Source: Pseudomonadota bacterium
GTDB taxonomy: Bacteria; Myxococcota_A; UBA796; SXON01
Reading direction: 5' to 3'
Length of the DNA stretch: 64,000 bases
Assembly (NCBI GenBank): GCA_030684355.1
Contig: JAUXTN010000147.1
Coordinates: forward strand, 8,687 to 72,686
In this document: one piece after another, positions 45,148-53,901 of the stretch
How positions within the stretch are numbered: the first letter of the stretch is position 1
Layout of the letters: every line of letters begins with the position of its first letter
Translations under genes and position numbers: made by a program
Notes under the pieces: model-generated
Told to the model about the DNA's origin: nothing
Databases searched by the model: none
What the model saw: only the letters and a program-made list of their open reading frames with translations

Positions 45148-46863
45148 TCAGGCCGGAAACCGCCCCCAGATCCGCCCCATCGGCTCCTTCAGCACGTCCC
45201 CGAGCCGCCGGGCGAGCGCGGTGTCGTCCACCGACACCGTGAGGTGCCCGTCCCAGGAGAGCGCCGGCGCGACGGCGTCCCGCGGCGGCACCCCGCGGCG
45301 CGCCCCGACGGCGGCCGCGCGCGTCGTCACGACGCCCACGCATGCATCGCCCCCGAACGCCGTCCGCGCCGGGTCGATCCACACCTCGGCCCGACGCAAC
45401 AACGGCACGTGGTCGTCGCGCAGGAGCAGCCCCGACGTCGTGACCCGGATCCGCTCGGCGATGCCGTCGAGGGCGTCCCACACGACCGGGAGCTCCGGGT
45501 GGAGGAGCGGCTCCCCGCGCCACGTGAGCGAGACCGTCCGGAACCGCAGCCGCGCCTCGCGGAGGCCGTCCCGCACCGTCGCGACCACGTCGGCGCCGAG
45601 GAAGCCCCGCCCGAAGTCGAGGTAGCGGCGGTCGCGCAGCTCGAGGAGCCGCGCCGGGTCGAGGAAGCACGTGGCGAGCGGGACCGGCGACGCCGCGAAG
45701 AGCGCGCGGGCCCGCGGGTGGGCGGGGTCGTCGGGGGTGTCGGAGAGCTCCAACGTGAGCGTCCCCTCGACGGTGCGCGTCGGCAGGATCCGCGCCACCT
45801 TCGCGCGCACGGGCGCCGTCACGTTCGCGACGAGCCCCGCGGCGATGACCGAGGCGGAGTCGCTCTCCTTGCGCAGGTAGCAGCCCTGGATGCACGGCGT
45901 GGTGCAGGTCTTCACCACCTCCCGGCGCGCGCGCAGGGCGGGCGACGCCCAGAGCTCCCGCAAGGTCTGCTCGCGCACGCTGCCGTAGCGCCCGGCCAGG
46001 AAGTCGAGCTTGCCGTCGCACATGATGACGCTGCCGTCGGAGTTGACGTAGAGCTCCTTCCACCCCGCCCAGCACGGCGCCTCCAAAGGACCGAGCCCTT
46101 CTCGGTAGTAGCGGGGCACGAGCGGCAACGCGTGCCGATTGAGCACGAGGGGGTGCTCGGCGAGCGTCGCGCACACGGCTTCGAGCTTGGGGAGCTGCGC
46201 CGGCGCGAACCACATCCCGCCCACGTCGGCGTCCTCGTCGTCGCGGAACAGGTGGAGCACCTGCACGCCGGAGAACCCCTCCCCCTCCAGGAACGCGACC
46301 AGCTCGAGGTACTCGTCGACGTTCCCCGCGTGGAGGATGCTGTTCGCGCAGATCTTGCGCCGCGGGTTCCCCGCCTGCTCGTCGGCCTCGCGCAAGCGCC
46401 GGTAGCCCGCGAGGGTCTTCTGGAACGTGCCCTTCCCGCGCACGCCGTCGTGCGTCGCCTCCAGCCCGTCGATGGACACGTTGATGTGCAGCTTCTCGGG
46501 CGGGATGGCCGCGATCCGGGCCGCGCGCGCCGACGTGATCAACGTGCCGTTCGTCGTGAGCGTGGTGTAGAGGTCCCGCCGCGCCGCGTGCGCGAGGATG
46601 TCCTCGAGGTCCAACCGCACGAACGGCTCGCCGCCGAGCGGGTTGAAGACCTTCACCCCCCACCCCGCGGCCTGGTCGACGAGGTCGAGCACCTCGCGCA
46701 GCGAGAGCTCCGGCGCGTCGTAGCAGGTGGTGCACATGACGCAGGCGAGGTTGCAGCGGAGCGTCAGGTTGATGGAGAGCCAGTCCGGCGGCGCGAACGA
46801 GCGGTTCAGCGCGCGTGACGCGTACAGCTTCGCGTCGTGGACGAGCTCGCCGGTCGACCTCAA
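45148..46863 (-). CDS. Radical SAM/SPASM domain protein with extra C-terminal domain
   Basis: INLTLRCNLACVMCTTC is the CxxxCxxC motif. The SPASM-like cluster is CWAGWKELYVNSDGSVIMCDG...CTTPCIQGCY. A ~200-aa C-terminal extension has no recognised motif. Start is either TTG 46863 (TTGA overlap with the upstream stop) or GTG 46932. Confidence 0.85.
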   Translation of the reverse strand: MRSTGELVHDAKLYASRALNRSFAPPDWLSINLTLRCNLACVMCTTCYDAPELSLREVLDLVDQAAGWGVKVFNPLGGEPFVRLDLEDILAHAARRDLYTTLTTNGTLITSARAARIAAIPPEKLHINVSIDGLEATHDGVRGKGTFQKTLAGYRRLREADEQAGNPRRKICANSILHAGNVDEYLELVAFLEGEGFSGVQVLHLFRDDEDADVGGMWFAPAQLPKLEAVCATLAEHPLVLNRHALPLVPRYYREGLGPLEAPCWAGWKELYVNSDGSVIMCDGKLDFLAGRYGSVREQTLRELWASPALRARREVVKTCTTPCIQGCYLRKESDSASVIAAGLVANVTAPVRAKVARILPTRTVEGTLTLELSDTPDDPAHPRARALFAASPVPLATCFLDPARLLELRDRRYLDFGRGFLGADVVATVRDGLREARLRFRTVSLTWRGEPLLHPELPVVWDALDGIAERIRVTTSGLLLRDDHVPLLRRAEVWIDPARTAFGGDACVGVVTTRAAAVGARRGVPPRDAVAPALSWDGHLTVSVDDTALARRLGDVLKEPMGRIWGRFPA

Positions 46864-49331
46864 GGCGCTTCGGCCGGCAACGCGTCGATCCACGCGCGGA
46901 TGTCGCCGATGGCGTCGAGGTCCGGCTCCCACACCGCGAGGCGCGGCATGTCCGTCGCCTCCAGCATGCCCACGAGCGCGCTGCCGTCGGCGTCTCCGGG
47001 GGAGACGAGCGGAAGACCGTCATTCTCGTAGGGGTTCGCGTTCCAGTACTCGGCGTGGGTGTCGAGGAGCCCGGGGTCGGCGGCCGAATAGCGGAAGTCG
47101 AGCGTCACGACCGAGACCCGCGACACCACTCCCGCCGGCTGGTGGCAGAACGCGCAGTTGCCGTGCAGGTACCCGCGCACGCTCGCCTCGAGCGGGTCGG
47201 CGATGTCGAGCTCGGGGGCGTCGCCGTAGGGCGTGTCGAGCGCGGTTTCGAGCGCCGCGAGCCCCTCGTTGCCGAGCTGGAAGGGCTCTACCCCGAGGAC
47301 GTAGTCCTGGCCGAGGGTCGCCTCGTGGCAGACGGCGCAGGCGTACTGGGAGGGCACCGTGTAGGGCGCGCCCGACGGGAGCACGAGATCCTGGCGCGTG
47401 CCGTCGCTGAGGTAGGCGTCGTCGCCGTCCCAGACGTAGGTGCCCGAGATCCACGCGTCGTCGCGCTTCTCCAGGAGGCGGGTCTCCACCGGCACGCCCT
47501 CCATGACAAAGCGCTTCCACACGCGCGTTCCCTCTGGGAACGCCCATGCCTCGGGATCGGTCGTGTCGATCGTCGTCCCCACCGGGAGCTCGAGCCAGCG
47601 GTCCTTCTCCGCCCCGTTCGACCAGAGCGGGTAGCGCACGTCGTAGGCGATCCCGCCGGGGGCGGCGTCGGAGAGGCGGGCGCCGGCGTCGTCGATGCGG
47701 GTGCGGTCCGCCCGGTAGCCGAGCCGCCAGACCCCGCCCGACAGCGACACCGCGTAGAGGGTCCCGTCGGGCGCCTCGGTCATGGCGAGCACGTAGGGCA
47801 GGAACGCGAGCGGCACGTCGTCGCCGAGGGCGCCGGTGTCGTCGAGCGCCGCGCCGCGGATCCAGCCGTCGAAGACGTCCGCGTAGAGCAGCACCCCGTC
47901 GAGCCGCCCGGCGTAGGCCGCGCCGGAGGCACGCACCCCGATCATCGGCGCGTTCTCGATGCCGGTCTTCCCGGGGCCGTCGCGATCGGCGAGCGCGAAC
48001 GCGTCGTCCTCGTCCTCCCACCACAGGAAGGGGTCGTCGTGGGGCCCGGAGTCGGGGCCCTCCTCGCGCGGGTAGCCGAAGTTCATCCCGGCGCCCGTGT
48101 AGAGGTTGACCTCCTCGTAGAAGTCGCTGCCCGCGTCGGCGACGCAGATGCCCCTCCCGCAGTCGGCGAGCCGCCAGGGGTTCCGCAGCCCCTTCGCAAC
48201 GATGTAGGGGTTCTCGAAGCCCGCGTCGATCCCCGGCGAGAGCGTGCCGTCCTCGGCGATCGCGAAGGCGAGGAGCTTCTGGCCGGGCTCCACCTCCTCC
48301 TGCGGGTTCGCGTCGATGGTGGGCCCGATGCCCAGGTAGAGCAGCGGCTCGGCGGACTCGCCCTGCCAGAAGAGGAGGTCCCCGCCGGCGTGGCCGCCCA
48401 GGAGCGGGCAGTCCATCTGCGTCAGCTCCTCGGTCGCCGTGACCGTGAGCGGGTCGAACGTGATCGCGTGGCGCGCGAGGACGCAGGTGTGGTTGGTCCA
48501 GGTGTAGAGCCAGTCGTGGACGCCGTCGCCGAAGCGCGGATCGAGCGCGAGGGACACGAGATCGTCGGGCTCGTAGAGGTTGACGGTCCCGAGGACGGTG
48601 CCGGTGGCGGGATCGACGTGGGAGAGGTCTCCGAGGAGCGTCGCGACGAGGAGCGTGCCGTCGGCGACGGCCTCGATGTCGGCCGGCATCAGCAGGTCGG
48701 TCACGCGCTCGAACGAGTACGCGCCGGAGAGCGGCCCGGAGAGCTCGAGGGTGTCGGTGCCGGAGGGGCCGAGCGCCTCGCCGTCGTCGGGGCGGGCCTC
48801 GCAGGTCCAGAGCGAACCGCGAGCGGTCTCGACGAGGGGGAGCGTCGCGCCGATGGCCGCGTAGCCGTCGGTGGAGAGGAACACGTCGGTGGTGACGACG
48901 TCGTCATCGGCGTCGGTGGCGGCGGTGACGATCGTGCAGACGAGGCCCTCGTCGGTCAGCGACAGCTCCACGGTGGGGCCGGTGGGCGGCGTGTTCAGCA
49001 CCGTGACCCCGTCGGAGGCGACCGGCGTGCTCGTGTCGCCGTCCTTCGTGGCGGTCACCTCGACGTGGACGACCTGCCCCTTCGCGAAGCTCGTGCCCGC
49101 GAGCGACGCCCCCGTCTCCGCCACCGCCACCCCGTCGACGAACCAGGCATACGCCAGCTCCCCGTCGGATCCGGTCACCGTGGCGGTCACGACGTCGTCG
49201 GTGCGGGGGTCCTCGGGGGAGAGGGTGACGGCGCCGGCGTGCGGCCCGTCGACCGGATCGACGGTGTCGTCGGGCTTGGGGGTGTCACCGTCGCAGCCGG
49301 CGAAGAGGGCGAGGAGGAGGAGCGGGCGCAT
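46860..49331 (-). CDS. Lipoprotein: Ig-like repeats plus glucose/sorbosone-dehydrogenase-like beta-propeller plus C-terminal dihaem cytochrome c
   Basis: MRPLLLLALFAGC lipobox. The propeller motif is AKGLRNPWRLAD...EEVNLYTGAGMNFGYP. Two CxxCH motifs are present: YACAVCHE (~47322-47348) and GNCAFCHQ (~47138-47168). Confidence 0.85.
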   Translation of the reverse strand: MRPLLLLALFAGCDGDTPKPDDTVDPVDGPHAGAVTLSPEDPRTDDVVTATVTGSDGELAYAWFVDGVAVAETGASLAGTSFAKGQVVHVEVTATKDGDTSTPVASDGVTVLNTPPTGPTVELSLTDEGLVCTIVTAATDADDDVVTTDVFLSTDGYAAIGATLPLVETARGSLWTCEARPDDGEALGPSGTDTLELSGPLSGAYSFERVTDLLMPADIEAVADGTLLVATLLGDLSHVDPATGTVLGTVNLYEPDDLVSLALDPRFGDGVHDWLYTWTNHTCVLARHAITFDPLTVTATEELTQMDCPLLGGHAGGDLLFWQGESAEPLLYLGIGPTIDANPQEEVEPGQKLLAFAIAEDGTLSPGIDAGFENPYIVAKGLRNPWRLADCGRGICVADAGSDFYEEVNLYTGAGMNFGYPREEGPDSGPHDDPFLWWEDEDDAFALADRDGPGKTGIENAPMIGVRASGAAYAGRLDGVLLYADVFDGWIRGAALDDTGALGDDVPLAFLPYVLAMTEAPDGTLYAVSLSGGVWRLGYRADRTRIDDAGARLSDAAPGGIAYDVRYPLWSNGAEKDRWLELPVGTTIDTTDPEAWAFPEGTRVWKRFVMEGVPVETRLLEKRDDAWISGTYVWDGDDAYLSDGTRQDLVLPSGAPYTVPSQYACAVCHEATLGQDYVLGVEPFQLGNEGLAALETALDTPYGDAPELDIADPLEASVRGYLHGNCAFCHQPAGVVSRVSVVTLDFRYSAADPGLLDTHAEYWNANPYENDGLPLVSPGDADGSALVGMLEATDMPRLAVWEPDLDAIGDIRAWIDALPAEAP

Positions 49332-49404
49332 CTGCGCAGGATGCCACGATCCCGGCCGGATCGGGGTGGGCGCGGATACCGGCGGGCGCGTGGAGCCGGC
49401 GCAC

Positions 49405-50289
49405 CTACGCCGCCGGCACCCCGACCGCCGCCCCCTCGCGCGCCACGGTTCGCGCGGAGCCCTCGAAGAGCCGCGCGAGCAGGATCGGGTAGAGCCCGAG
49501 CATGCCCCAGGAGAACATCCCGAGGTCCATCGTCAGGGCGATGCCGAGGTGCATCGCGGCGCCGCCCAGCGCCCAGTAGGGCGCGAAGCGCGTGAACACG
49601 AGGGGTGCGGAGCACTCCAGCGCGATGGTGCCCCATCCCAGGACGCGCAGGACGGGCCAGAAGGGCACGGCGGCCTCGGGATCGACGTGGGCGGCGAGCG
49701 GATCGCCCATGACGCGGTAGAGCACGGGGGTGCCCGTCCACGCGAGCCACCCCGGCTGCTGCTGGAGCTTGGCGACGCCCGCGGAGAGGTAGACGAGGAC
49801 GAGCAGGAGCCGGATGGTGTCCGCGGGCCAAGCGGGCACGCGATCCTGGCGGGTGCCGGTCAAGGCGAAGCGGCGGTGCGCGCCGGACACGAGGACCAGC
49901 AGCAGCGCGCTGCGGAGGAGGCGGTCGATCGCGCGGTCGCCCGGCGGGTAGAGATGGCCGAGCTGGGCGTAGGCGAGGAGCCCCACGACGAGCGCCGGGC
50001 GGGTCCACACGCCGAGCGCCACGAGCGCCAAGCACACGAGCGTAACGACGTAGGCGACCGGCCCGCCCCACGTCGGCGACAGGGCGACGAGCACGTTGGC
50101 GTCGTCCTGGACGACGGAGAGGCCGCCGGCGGCCCATGGGCGGAACAGCGTCTCGACGAGGCCGAGCCGCCCGACCTGGAGGAGGTCGAGGAGGATCGCG
50201 ACGCACGCGAAGATGCGGACGAGCGCGAGCGGCCGCGCGTCCATGTCGCGGCTCGTGTACCGCACCCAGCGGGCCCAGGGCGTCGTCAT
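49405..50289 (-). CDS. HTTM-domain (vitamin-K-dependent gamma-carboxylase-like) membrane protein
   Basis: DARPLALVRIFACVAILLDLLQ is a typical HTTM N-terminus. There are multiple TM helices and conserved His/Trp-rich loops. Confidence 0.8.
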   Translation of the reverse strand: MTTPWARWVRYTSRDMDARPLALVRIFACVAILLDLLQVGRLGLVETLFRPWAAGGLSVVQDDANVLVALSPTWGGPVAYVVTLVCLALVALGVWTRPALVVGLLAYAQLGHLYPPGDRAIDRLLRSALLLVLVSGAHRRFALTGTRQDRVPAWPADTIRLLLVLVYLSAGVAKLQQQPGWLAWTGTPVLYRVMGDPLAAHVDPEAAVPFWPVLRVLGWGTIALECSAPLVFTRFAPYWALGGAAMHLGIALTMDLGMFSWGMLGLYPILLARLFEGSARTVAREGAAVGVPAA

Positions 50290-50310
50290 CGGGGGCCCCC
50301 TATCGAACGG

Positions 50311-51663
50311 TCAGGCCGCCGCCCACCATCGCACGAAGCCGACGAGCTCCGACTTCGGTCGCACGGTGTGCCGCACGCCGTCGCCGCTGTTGCCCTCGAT
50401 GAGCCGCACGCCCGCGCCTTCGTCGCAGAGGACGAGGCCGGTGTGGCCCTTCGTGAACGCCACGCCCGGGGGCGTCACCAGGCCGTCGCGCCGCATCACG
50501 AGGATCGACCCCGGCTGGGCAACCCGCCCCTCCGCCGGCGCGATGCACCCGCGGGCGTTGCCCCACGCCCGGATCTGCTCGACGGCGGCGAACTCCTGCC
50601 CGAAGGGGGTCTCCGCCCAGCTCGTCGCCCCCAGCCCCGTCTTCAACCACGCGCTCACCGCGAGCGCGCACCAGGGCAGGGCGCGCGTCCCGACGAGCTG
50701 GTCGACCTCTACGCCCCGGTTGCTCCCCACGGGCTTCTCGCGGATCCCGAGCGAGGCGATCGCGGCGTCGACGACGCGTCGGATGCGCGGCGCCTCCGCG
50801 GGCGGCACCTGCGGGATCGCCGCCTCGAAGCGCGCGCGCAGGTCGGTCTCCTCGGCGCCGAGGCCCTCCGCGGGGGCGGCGTTCGTCGCGCTCGCGAGGA
50901 CCAGCACCCGCCAATCGTCGAGCGAGACGGTGCCGGTCACCGGGCGCGAGTACTCCGTCTGGAACGAGAGGACCGCGGCCTTCGTCCGGTCCGCGAAGTT
51001 GCCCGTGCCGGTGAGCGTGGCGACGCCCAGGGCATCGAGGAGGCGCTGGAGCACGCGGACGATCGCCCCCGACGTGCCCGGCCCGAGGACCGGCACCCCC
51101 TCCATCAGCGCCGCCCACGTCTTCGGGCCGACCATCCCGTCGACCTCCAGGTGCGCCGCCGTCTGGAAGGCCCGCACGGCATCGCGCGTGGCGGGGCCGT
51201 ACTCGCCGTCGACCTCGATGGCCGCGCCGCGATCGACCAGCCGCTCCTGGAGGAGCTCGATGGCGGGCATCGCCGGGCTCTCCTCGTCGAAGCTCGGCCA
51301 CTCGGCGGCGGGAGGGGCGAGATCGGGGTCGACGCTGCTGGCGAGGGCGAGCGCCGCGGAGAGCTCCATCGCGCCGGGCGGCATGCGGGAGAGCAGCACC
51401 AGCACGTCGTCGTAGGCGAGCAGCCCGTTCGGGACGAGGCCGGACTGCGCCTGCATCGTGCGGATGGCATCCACCGTGGCGCCGACCTCCATGGGGACCG
51501 GCACGAGGAGCGCCTGGCGCACGACGGAGAGCAGCGTGGCGTCCATCCGCAGATCCACCACCTGGGTGGGGGCGGTCAGCTTCAGCACGTCCGCGTCCAT
51601 CGTGAGCGTGCCCATGTTCGGCCGCGCGACGAGGTTGACCGGCTTGCGGATCGGAGGTGCCAT
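50311..51663 (-). CDS. Two peptidoglycan-binding (PG_binding_1) repeats plus a CHAP-like cysteine peptidase/amidase domain; no signal peptide
   Basis: Start ATG 51663. No in-frame start codon lies between it and the upstream gene. The PG-binding repeats are DGEYGPATRDAVRAFQ and GNFADRTKAAVLSFQ. The CHAP-like residues are ALPWCALAVSAWL ... KGHTGLVL. Confidence 0.8.
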   Translation of the reverse strand: MAPPIRKPVNLVARPNMGTLTMDADVLKLTAPTQVVDLRMDATLLSVVRQALLVPVPMEVGATVDAIRTMQAQSGLVPNGLLAYDDVLVLLSRMPPGAMELSAALALASSVDPDLAPPAAEWPSFDEESPAMPAIELLQERLVDRGAAIEVDGEYGPATRDAVRAFQTAAHLEVDGMVGPKTWAALMEGVPVLGPGTSGAIVRVLQRLLDALGVATLTGTGNFADRTKAAVLSFQTEYSRPVTGTVSLDDWRVLVLASATNAAPAEGLGAEETDLRARFEAAIPQVPPAEAPRIRRVVDAAIASLGIREKPVGSNRGVEVDQLVGTRALPWCALAVSAWLKTGLGATSWAETPFGQEFAAVEQIRAWGNARGCIAPAEGRVAQPGSILVMRRDGLVTPPGVAFTKGHTGLVLCDEGAGVRLIEGNSGDGVRHTVRPKSELVGFVRWWAAA

Positions 51664-51705
51664 GGGGTGGTCCGTGGTTGAGAAGAGAGGGTAGAAGCGA
51701 CGCTT

Positions 51706-51727
51706 GCCGCGATCCGCGTATCGCGGC
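51706..51727 (-). terminator. Hairpin in the 104-nt gap between the 51768..52379 gene and the PG-binding/CHAP gene (terminator or attenuator)
   Basis: gccgcgat-ccgcgt-atcgcggc forms an 8-bp stem. On the minus strand it is followed by a pyrimidine-rich tract, cttctaccctctcttctc. Confidence 0.3.
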
Positions 51728-51767
51728 CGACCTCGAACGCAACCTCCCCGCCTCCCGACGATCCGCT

Positions 51768-52379
51768 TCAACCCGGCGCGACCACCCAGCCCGGCGCCGT
51801 CGCGACGTAGCGGTGATGGACCGTGGCGTCGCGGCCGGGGAACGGGGCGACCGTGCAGGCGAGCTCCACGGTCGCCGCGTCCGGCCACTCCGCGCGGGCG
51901 CGCGCCACCACGAGGCGCCCGAGCCCCCGCCAATTCGCGCCCGTCTCCGTCGTGCACGTGCTCTCGACGACCGGCCGGACGCGGCGGTTGCGCAGCACGC
52001 CGGCGAGCCAGCCGTGCTCGGCGTCCGCGCTCCGGTGGCGGAGCACCCCGTCCACGCGGACCTCGAGCCGCCGCACCTTGGAGGGTCCGTCGCGGTAGAG
52101 CGCCCACTCCTGGCTCACGCGGAAGGGGCGCTGGAGCGGCCCCACGGCCTCCGCCAGCGGCAGGCGAACCTCGCGGTTGAACCGCGTCACCTGGATCGCC
52201 AGGGCGGTCCACGGCTCGCCGATCCGCCCGCGGAGCACGTCCTGGTCCGACGTCGTGCGCAGGGTCTTCGCGTTGAGGAAGTCGAGGCCCGGCGTGCCGA
52301 GGAGCACGAGCAGCGCCCACAAGGCGAGGATGAGGGCGGCGCGGAGGGCGGGCGACCGGGGCGGCATGGAGGAGCGCAT
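51768..52379 (-). CDS. Hypothetical N-terminally anchored protein
   Basis: MRSSMPPRSPALRAALILALWALLVLLG is a signal/anchor sequence. GC3 bias is good. No domain recognised. Confidence 0.6.
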   Translation of the reverse strand: MRSSMPPRSPALRAALILALWALLVLLGTPGLDFLNAKTLRTTSDQDVLRGRIGEPWTALAIQVTRFNREVRLPLAEAVGPLQRPFRVSQEWALYRDGPSKVRRLEVRVDGVLRHRSADAEHGWLAGVLRNRRVRPVVESTCTTETGANWRGLGRLVVARARAEWPDAATVELACTVAPFPGRDATVHHRYVATAPGWVVAPG

Positions 52380-52477
52380 TGTGACGCCTCCGGCCCAAAG
52401 CGCAACGGCTCCGTCGGCGCCCCCATCAACGGACGGGTCGCCTCCCCGGGCGCCCGCGCGCGTCGTAGACTCCCGCC

Positions 52478-53869
52478 ATGCGGGTCCTCGTCGTCCACCA
52501 CGGCCGCCTCCCCACCCCGGGCTCCCGGAGCGACGCCCCCGTCACCGGCGGGGCCCGGCGCGCCGCCGTGCACGTCGCGGCCTTGCGCGGCGCCGGCCAC
52601 GACGTGCTCACCCTCGCGCGCGACCAGGACGACGCCGACCCGCGCGCCGCCGGCGTCCTCCCCGGGTTCCGCTCCCCAGGCGACCTCCGGCGCCTCGCCG
52701 CCGCCGCCGCGCCCGACTGGATCCTCTGCGTCGCGCCCGAGGAGGCCCCCGCGCTCGCGCCCGTCGCGCCGCTCGTCGTCGACCTCTACGCGCCGCGCGT
52801 GTTGGAGGCCGCGTTCGAGGGCCTCCAGCGCGAGGAGGCGGGGCGCGCGCTCGCCGCCATCGAGGCCGCCGACGAGGTCTTGTTCTCGAACCCGCGCCAG
52901 CGCTGGCTCTGGACCGGGCTCCTCGGCGCCGGCGGGTGGGATCTCGCGCGCCCCGCCGGGCTCCTCGTCCCGCTCGCCGCCCTCCCGGGCCCCGCCCGCC
53001 GTGCCCCCGAGCGCCCGACCTTCGTGATCGGCGGGCGCCCCTGGCCCTGGCTCGACGCCACCGACACCCTGCGGCGCGCGGTCGCCACGCTCGGAACGCG
53101 CGTCGACATCGTCTCCGTCGGCCTTTCCCCCGTCGACGGCGTGCGCGCCCTGCCCGCGGTGTCGCTCGACGCGTGGCTCGACCTCCTCGCCGGCGCCACC
53201 GCCGCCCTGGATCGCTACGCCCCGAACCCCGAGCGCGCCCTCGCCCTTAGCTTCCGCCAGATGGACTACCTCGGCGCGGGCCTCCCCCTCGTCAGCGACG
53301 CCGACACCCCCCTCGCGGACGCCATCCGGGAGACACGCGCCGGCTGGGTCGACGAGCCGCTCGAGGACGCCCTCGAGGCCGCGCTCGCCGCCCCGCGTGC
53401 CTCCGCGGCGCTCGCCGCCCGCTACGCCCCCGCCGTCACCGAAGCGCCGCTGCTCGCCTGGATCCCGCGCCGCCGCGACCGCCCCTGGTCGTTCCTCGGG
53501 CGGGGTGCGCGCGTCGCCGGGGTCGAGGGCCGCGCCGCCGTGGACCGCGCCGCCCGGGCCGCCGCCGAAGCCGAGCTCGCCCGCAAGCGGACGGAGGTCG
53601 ACGGGCTCCACGGGCAGCTCCGCGCGCTGACCACCTCCGTCGAGGCCCTGTCCGTCGCGATGCACGACGTCGCTGGCCTGCGTAGGGAGACCGTCGCCGT
53701 GCTGGGCACGCGCCTCAACGCGCAGACGGACGAGGCCGAGCATCTCCGCCGCGAGCTCGCCATCGCGCACGCCGATCTGGACAAGAAGAACCTGGAGTTG
53801 GGCCGGTTGCAGCAGGAACGTGACAGATTGGGACGCGCCTTCACACTCTTGCGACCAAACCGGGGCTGA
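52478..53869 (+). CDS. Glycosyltransferase-like (GT-B) protein with C-terminal coiled coil
   Basis: MRVLVVHHGRLPTPGS...GGARRAAVHVAALRGAGHDV is GT4-like. The C-terminal ~90 aa form a heptad-rich coiled coil (ELARKRTEVDGLHGQLRAL...LELGRLQQERDRL). Confidence 0.7.
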   Translation: MRVLVVHHGRLPTPGSRSDAPVTGGARRAAVHVAALRGAGHDVLTLARDQDDADPRAAGVLPGFRSPGDLRRLAAAAAPDWILCVAPEEAPALAPVAPLVVDLYAPRVLEAAFEGLQREEAGRALAAIEAADEVLFSNPRQRWLWTGLLGAGGWDLARPAGLLVPLAALPGPARRAPERPTFVIGGRPWPWLDATDTLRRAVATLGTRVDIVSVGLSPVDGVRALPAVSLDAWLDLLAGATAALDRYAPNPERALALSFRQMDYLGAGLPLVSDADTPLADAIRETRAGWVDEPLEDALEAALAAPRASAALAARYAPAVTEAPLLAWIPRRRDRPWSFLGRGARVAGVEGRAAVDRAARAAAEAELARKRTEVDGLHGQLRALTTSVEALSVAMHDVAGLRRETVAVLGTRLNAQTDEAEHLRRELAIAHADLDKKNLELGRLQQERDRLGRAFTLLRPNRG

Positions 53870-53901
53870 CGGAAGCCCGACCCCGTGTCACGCTGGCGCC
53901 C

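Noticed and set aside
52455-52477. TAGACT (and TACGAT at ~41519) as -10 boxes for leaderless transcripts.
   Set aside because: No matching -35 element lies at 16-18 nt. A single AT-containing hexamer is not adequate evidence.
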